Below are positions 29,671-32,000 of a stretch of 32,000 bases of DNA, piece by piece. The translations under genes and the position numbers were made by a program. Below the pieces are notes generated by a model. It made no database searches. It saw only the letters and a program-made list of their open reading frames with translations, and was not told where the DNA came from. The stretch is taken from NCBI RefSeq assembly GCF_017876815.1, contig NZ_JAGIOS010000002.1, positions 1 through 32,000 of the forward strand, read 5' to 3'. Origin of the DNA: Sinorhizobium meliloti (GTDB lineage Bacteria > Pseudomonadota > Alphaproteobacteria > Rhizobiales > Rhizobiaceae). How positions within the stretch are numbered: the stretch's first letter is position 1; every line of letters begins with the position of its first letter.

Positions 29671-31034
29671 TCAGGCGAGGCGGGGGATACGGAGGGCATC
29701 CATCCACCTGAGGGTTAGGACCGAATTGAGCAACATGCCGCTGTTGCGCCACCATCTGCGGCTGTTGACCGCGATCTGCCGTGCCACTTCGGGCTTGGCG
29801 CCCTTGGCAAGCAGGGCCTTGTAGGTGGTCTTGCCACGCTTCCAGTGCTTGAGCTGGATCGCGCGCACCCGGTGACGCATCCACTCCTCCAGCTCCTTGA
29901 AGAGCCTTGGAGTTTGTGCCAGCCGGAAGTAGGCTTTCCAACCCAGAACATAGACGCGCAGGCGCTCGGCCACTTCCGCCATGCTGCGCCCGCCCGAACG
30001 GCGGGTCAGTTGCCGGACGCGGCGCTTGAACGCCTTGAGCGGCTTGTCGGCCACCCGCCGCTTGACCGCGCCATCCCGGCCCCGCCAGAAGCTGAAGCCG
30101 AGGAACTTGCGGCCAAACACACTGGTAACCGCGCTCTTGCCCTCGTTGATCGTCAGGTGCAGCCGTCCGTAAAGCCGCCGCAGAAGCGCCATGACCCGTT
30201 CGCCCGCCTTGCGACTGCCAACGTAAACGTTGCAGTCGTCCGCATAGCGCACGAAGCAATGGCCCCGGCGTTCCAGTTCCTTATCCACCTCATCGAGCAG
30301 CACATTGGCCAGAAGCGGCGACAGCGGCCCGCCTTGCGGCGTGCCCATCACCCGCTCCTGGACCACGCCATGGTCCATGATGCCGCTGTTCAGATAGGCC
30401 CGGATCCGGCGGATAACCCGCTTGTCCGATATCCGTTTGCTGAGGCGGTCGATCAGGATGTCGTGGTTGACCCGGTCGAAGAACTTCTCAGGTCGACGTC
30501 CACGACAATCCGCCGGCCCGACTGCACAAGGGATTGCGCCGCAAGCACGGCCCCATGCGCACTACGGCCCGGACGGAAGCCGTGGCTGTGCTCGCTGAAA
30601 GCGGGATCAAGGAGCGGCTGCAGCACTTGCAGCAGCGCCTGCTGGATCAAGCGATCCGTCACCGTCGGGATGCCGAGCTCGCGCTCGCCGCCATCCGGTT
30701 TCGGGATCGTCACCCGTCGCACCGGCATCGGCCGGTACGTTCCCGCCAGAACCCGTTCGCGGATGTCAGGCCACGACGTGCGCAGATGAGCCGCGGTCGC
30801 CTCGATGGACAGACCGTCCGCACCAGCCGCGCCCTTGTTGGCCTTCACCCGTTTCCAGGCTCTTTGCAGGTTCTCGCGCGCCAGGGCCGCTTCCAGCAGC
30901 CCCGGCCCTGTGCTCTGCGCGTCACAGCGCGGGCAGGTCGCTTCATCGCTGCCCGGTTCAGACAGGGCTTCACCCTGTCTCCCCCCGGACCGCCCCGCTC
31001 TCGCGGGCATCTGATGCCTGGCTTCCTGCATCAC
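29671..31034 (-). pseudogene. Group II intron-encoded reverse transcriptase/maturase, disrupted by a 1-nt deletion (no En/HNH domain)
   Basis: The N-terminal ORF (30453-31034) holds RT domains 0-2 (NLQRAWKRVKANKGAAGADG, RRVTIPKPDGGERELGIPTVTDRLIQQA, HGFRPGRS). It stops soon after VVDVDL. The next frame continues EKFFDRVNHDILIDRL...GTPQGGPLSPLLANV...RYADDCNVYV...maturase X. The frames join if one G is restored in CTG(G)AGAAG, near 30489/30490. Confidence 0.85.
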
Positions 31035-31126
31035 TATGCCTCAAGCCCTCCTCTTCGTTCGGTCCTTCGCCGCGGATACGGCTACTACAACCTCTGCTGA
31101 CTTCTCGCTCCGCCGGCGCACCACAG

Positions 31127-31151
31127 AAAAACCCCGAACTTCCGTCCGGGG
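31127..31151 (-). terminator. Rho-independent terminator of the upstream MFS gene
   Basis: Minus strand: CCCCGGAC-GGAA-GTTCGGGG (8-bp stem, GNRA-like tetraloop) followed by TTTTT, 55 nt after the MFS stop codon. Confidence 0.8.
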
Positions 31152-31206
31152 CTTATGGAGAGAACTGAGGTCTGGCCTGCGTCGGCGACTATGCGGAAGC
31201 GGGAAG

Positions 31207-32000
31207 CTATTCCGCCGCCGCAGTCGCCAGGCGCCGCCGATGGGATCGCAGTCCTGCATAAAGGACGGCGAGTGAAGCCACCGGAAACAGTGCCGCGAAG
31301 AAGCCGAGATCCGCGGCAGCCGTATTCTCGAGCACCCGTCCGCCGATCGCCGTGCCGGTCGCGATGCCGAGATAGATCGCCGAGGCGTTGAGCGACAGGG
31401 TCAAATGGGCAACCTCCGGCGCGAAGCCGACTATGCGGCTCGCCTGGGCCGGCGGAAACGCCCAACCGACGATTCCCCATGGCACCATTATGCCGATCAG
31501 CAGCAAGCCGGCGAGATCGCGCGTGAGGAAGTGCAGGCCGAAGGCGATCATCAGCGAGACCGCGAGCGCGGAGATCAGCGAAGCTGTCACCACGCGCGTG
31601 GCGCCGAGCCGGTCGGCCAGATAGCCGCTGGAGAGATTGCCGATCACCGCGCCGACCCCGAAGGCGAGCAACAGCCCCGGCAGCGCCAGTTGCGAAAGCC
31701 CGGCTCCGTCGATCGCCAGCGGGGCGAGATAAGAGATGATCATGAAGCCGCCGGTGAGATACAGAAACGTCACCATGAGCGACGAGGCCACGCCCGGACG
31801 GCCGATGGCGCCGAAGCGCTCGGACATTGTCAGCTTCGTTCCACTGAGGCCCCGCGGCAGGCGCAGCCAGAGCACGGCAGCGCAGGTGAGCCCAAGCAGA
31901 GCGACCGCCCCGAACGTGCCGCGCCATCCCCAGAAGGCGGCAATCAGCGCGCCGAGAGGCGCGCCCAGCGCCACGGCGAATGTGGTGCCGCCCACCACGA
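31207..32000 (-). CDS. MFS transporter (3'-partial view; N-terminus lies beyond the window end)
   Basis: The frame is open to the window edge. Continuous hydrophobic TM segments (GAPLGALIAAFWGWRGTFG..., LADRLGATR loop motif) are typical of MFS_1 efflux/sugar permeases. Stop TAG at 31209-31207. Confidence 0.8.
   Translation of the reverse strand, partial: VVGGTTFAVALGAPLGALIAAFWGWRGTFGAVALLGLTCAAVLWLRLPRGLSGTKLTMSERFGAIGRPGVASSLMVTFLYLTGGFMIISYLAPLAIDGAGLSQLALPGLLLAFGVGAVIGNLSSGYLADRLGATRVVTASLISALAVSLMIAFGLHFLTRDLAGLLLIGIMVPWGIVGWAFPPAQASRIVGFAPEVAHLTLSLNASAIYLGIATGTAIGGRVLENTAAADLGFFAALFPVASLAVLYAGLRSHRRRLATAAAE

Larger units (their letters stand above)
29584..31121 (-). mobile_element. Degenerate RmInt1-like (bacterial class D/IIB3-like) group II intron lacking most of domains I-III
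   Basis: On the minus strand, the RT/maturase ORF is followed by a domain V hairpin (29656-29625), a domain VI hairpin with bulged A at 29591 (8 nt from the end), and the 3' end ...CCGAT at 29584. Only about 90 nt precede the ORF, where 500 nt or more would be expected. The upstream MFS gene and its terminator occupy the space where DI-DIII would be. Confidence 0.75.

Noticed and set aside
29469-29699. 77-aa N-terminal extension of hutI. Similar upstream extensions occur in ORFs 1920-3401, 3142-4449, 6559-7398, 12814-13482, 15511-16590 and 17443-18270.
   Set aside because: The extensions cross promoter, intergenic or intron sequence, or overlap the preceding gene, and they lack an RBS. Internal starts have Shine-Dalgarno sequences and give canonical N-termini (signal peptide, Rossmann motif and so on).
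29240-30789. ORFs 29240-30259(-), 29715-29951(-) and 29845-30789(+), inside or antisense to the intron RT gene.
   Set aside because: They are alternative-frame or antisense shadows of the RT/maturase coding sequence, with no motifs. The RT frames explain the region.
31122-31600. Possibility that a full-length intron (DI-DIII) extends upstream to about 31470-31600.
   Set aside because: That interval holds a clean intrinsic terminator and the uninterrupted C-terminal half of an MFS transporter ORF (31207-32000), so there is no room for intron domains I-III.

Overview
High-GC (about 62-65%) alphaproteobacterial DNA. The gene content, REP-like intergenic repeats and mobile elements point to Sinorhizobium/Ensifer, possibly a megaplasmid-type accessory region; this is inference, since no search was run. 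Left to right: (1) a FucU-like / OsmC / DDAH-like trio. (2) An RclA/MerA-like flavoprotein disulfide oxidoreductase divergent from a YehZYXW-type osmoprotectant ABC transporter. (3) A Gfo/Idh/MocA oxidoreductase plus a CUT1-type sugar ABC transporter, followed by GNAT and VOC genes. (4) An uncharacterised catabolic cluster with two divergent MlrC/M81 peptidase paralogs, an NTF2-like protein, RidA, an RpiR/MurR regulator, an SDR and a GH20 beta-N-acetylhexosaminidase, then an MFS transporter. (5) An intact 1053-bp IS630-family element (ISRm2011-2-like) with TA duplications and an A7 slippery run. (6) A tightly coupled hutI-hutH-hutG-hutU histidine-utilisation operon on the minus strand. (7) Directly upstream of the hut promoter, a degenerate RmInt1-like group II intron. 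It keeps domains V/VI, a 3' splice site and an intron-encoded RT/maturase, but lacks most of domains I-III and has a 1-nt frameshift in the RT. (8) The 3' part of another MFS gene with a clean terminator. The most interesting signals are the intron remnant and its relation to the nearby unoccupied IS homing site, a perfect 12-3-12 palindrome upstream of the sugar-transport operon, and the MlrC/GH20/RpiR cluster. No CRISPR array, tRNA or rRNA was seen. I did not find a convincing, clearly novel system; the candidates are flagged as hypotheses.
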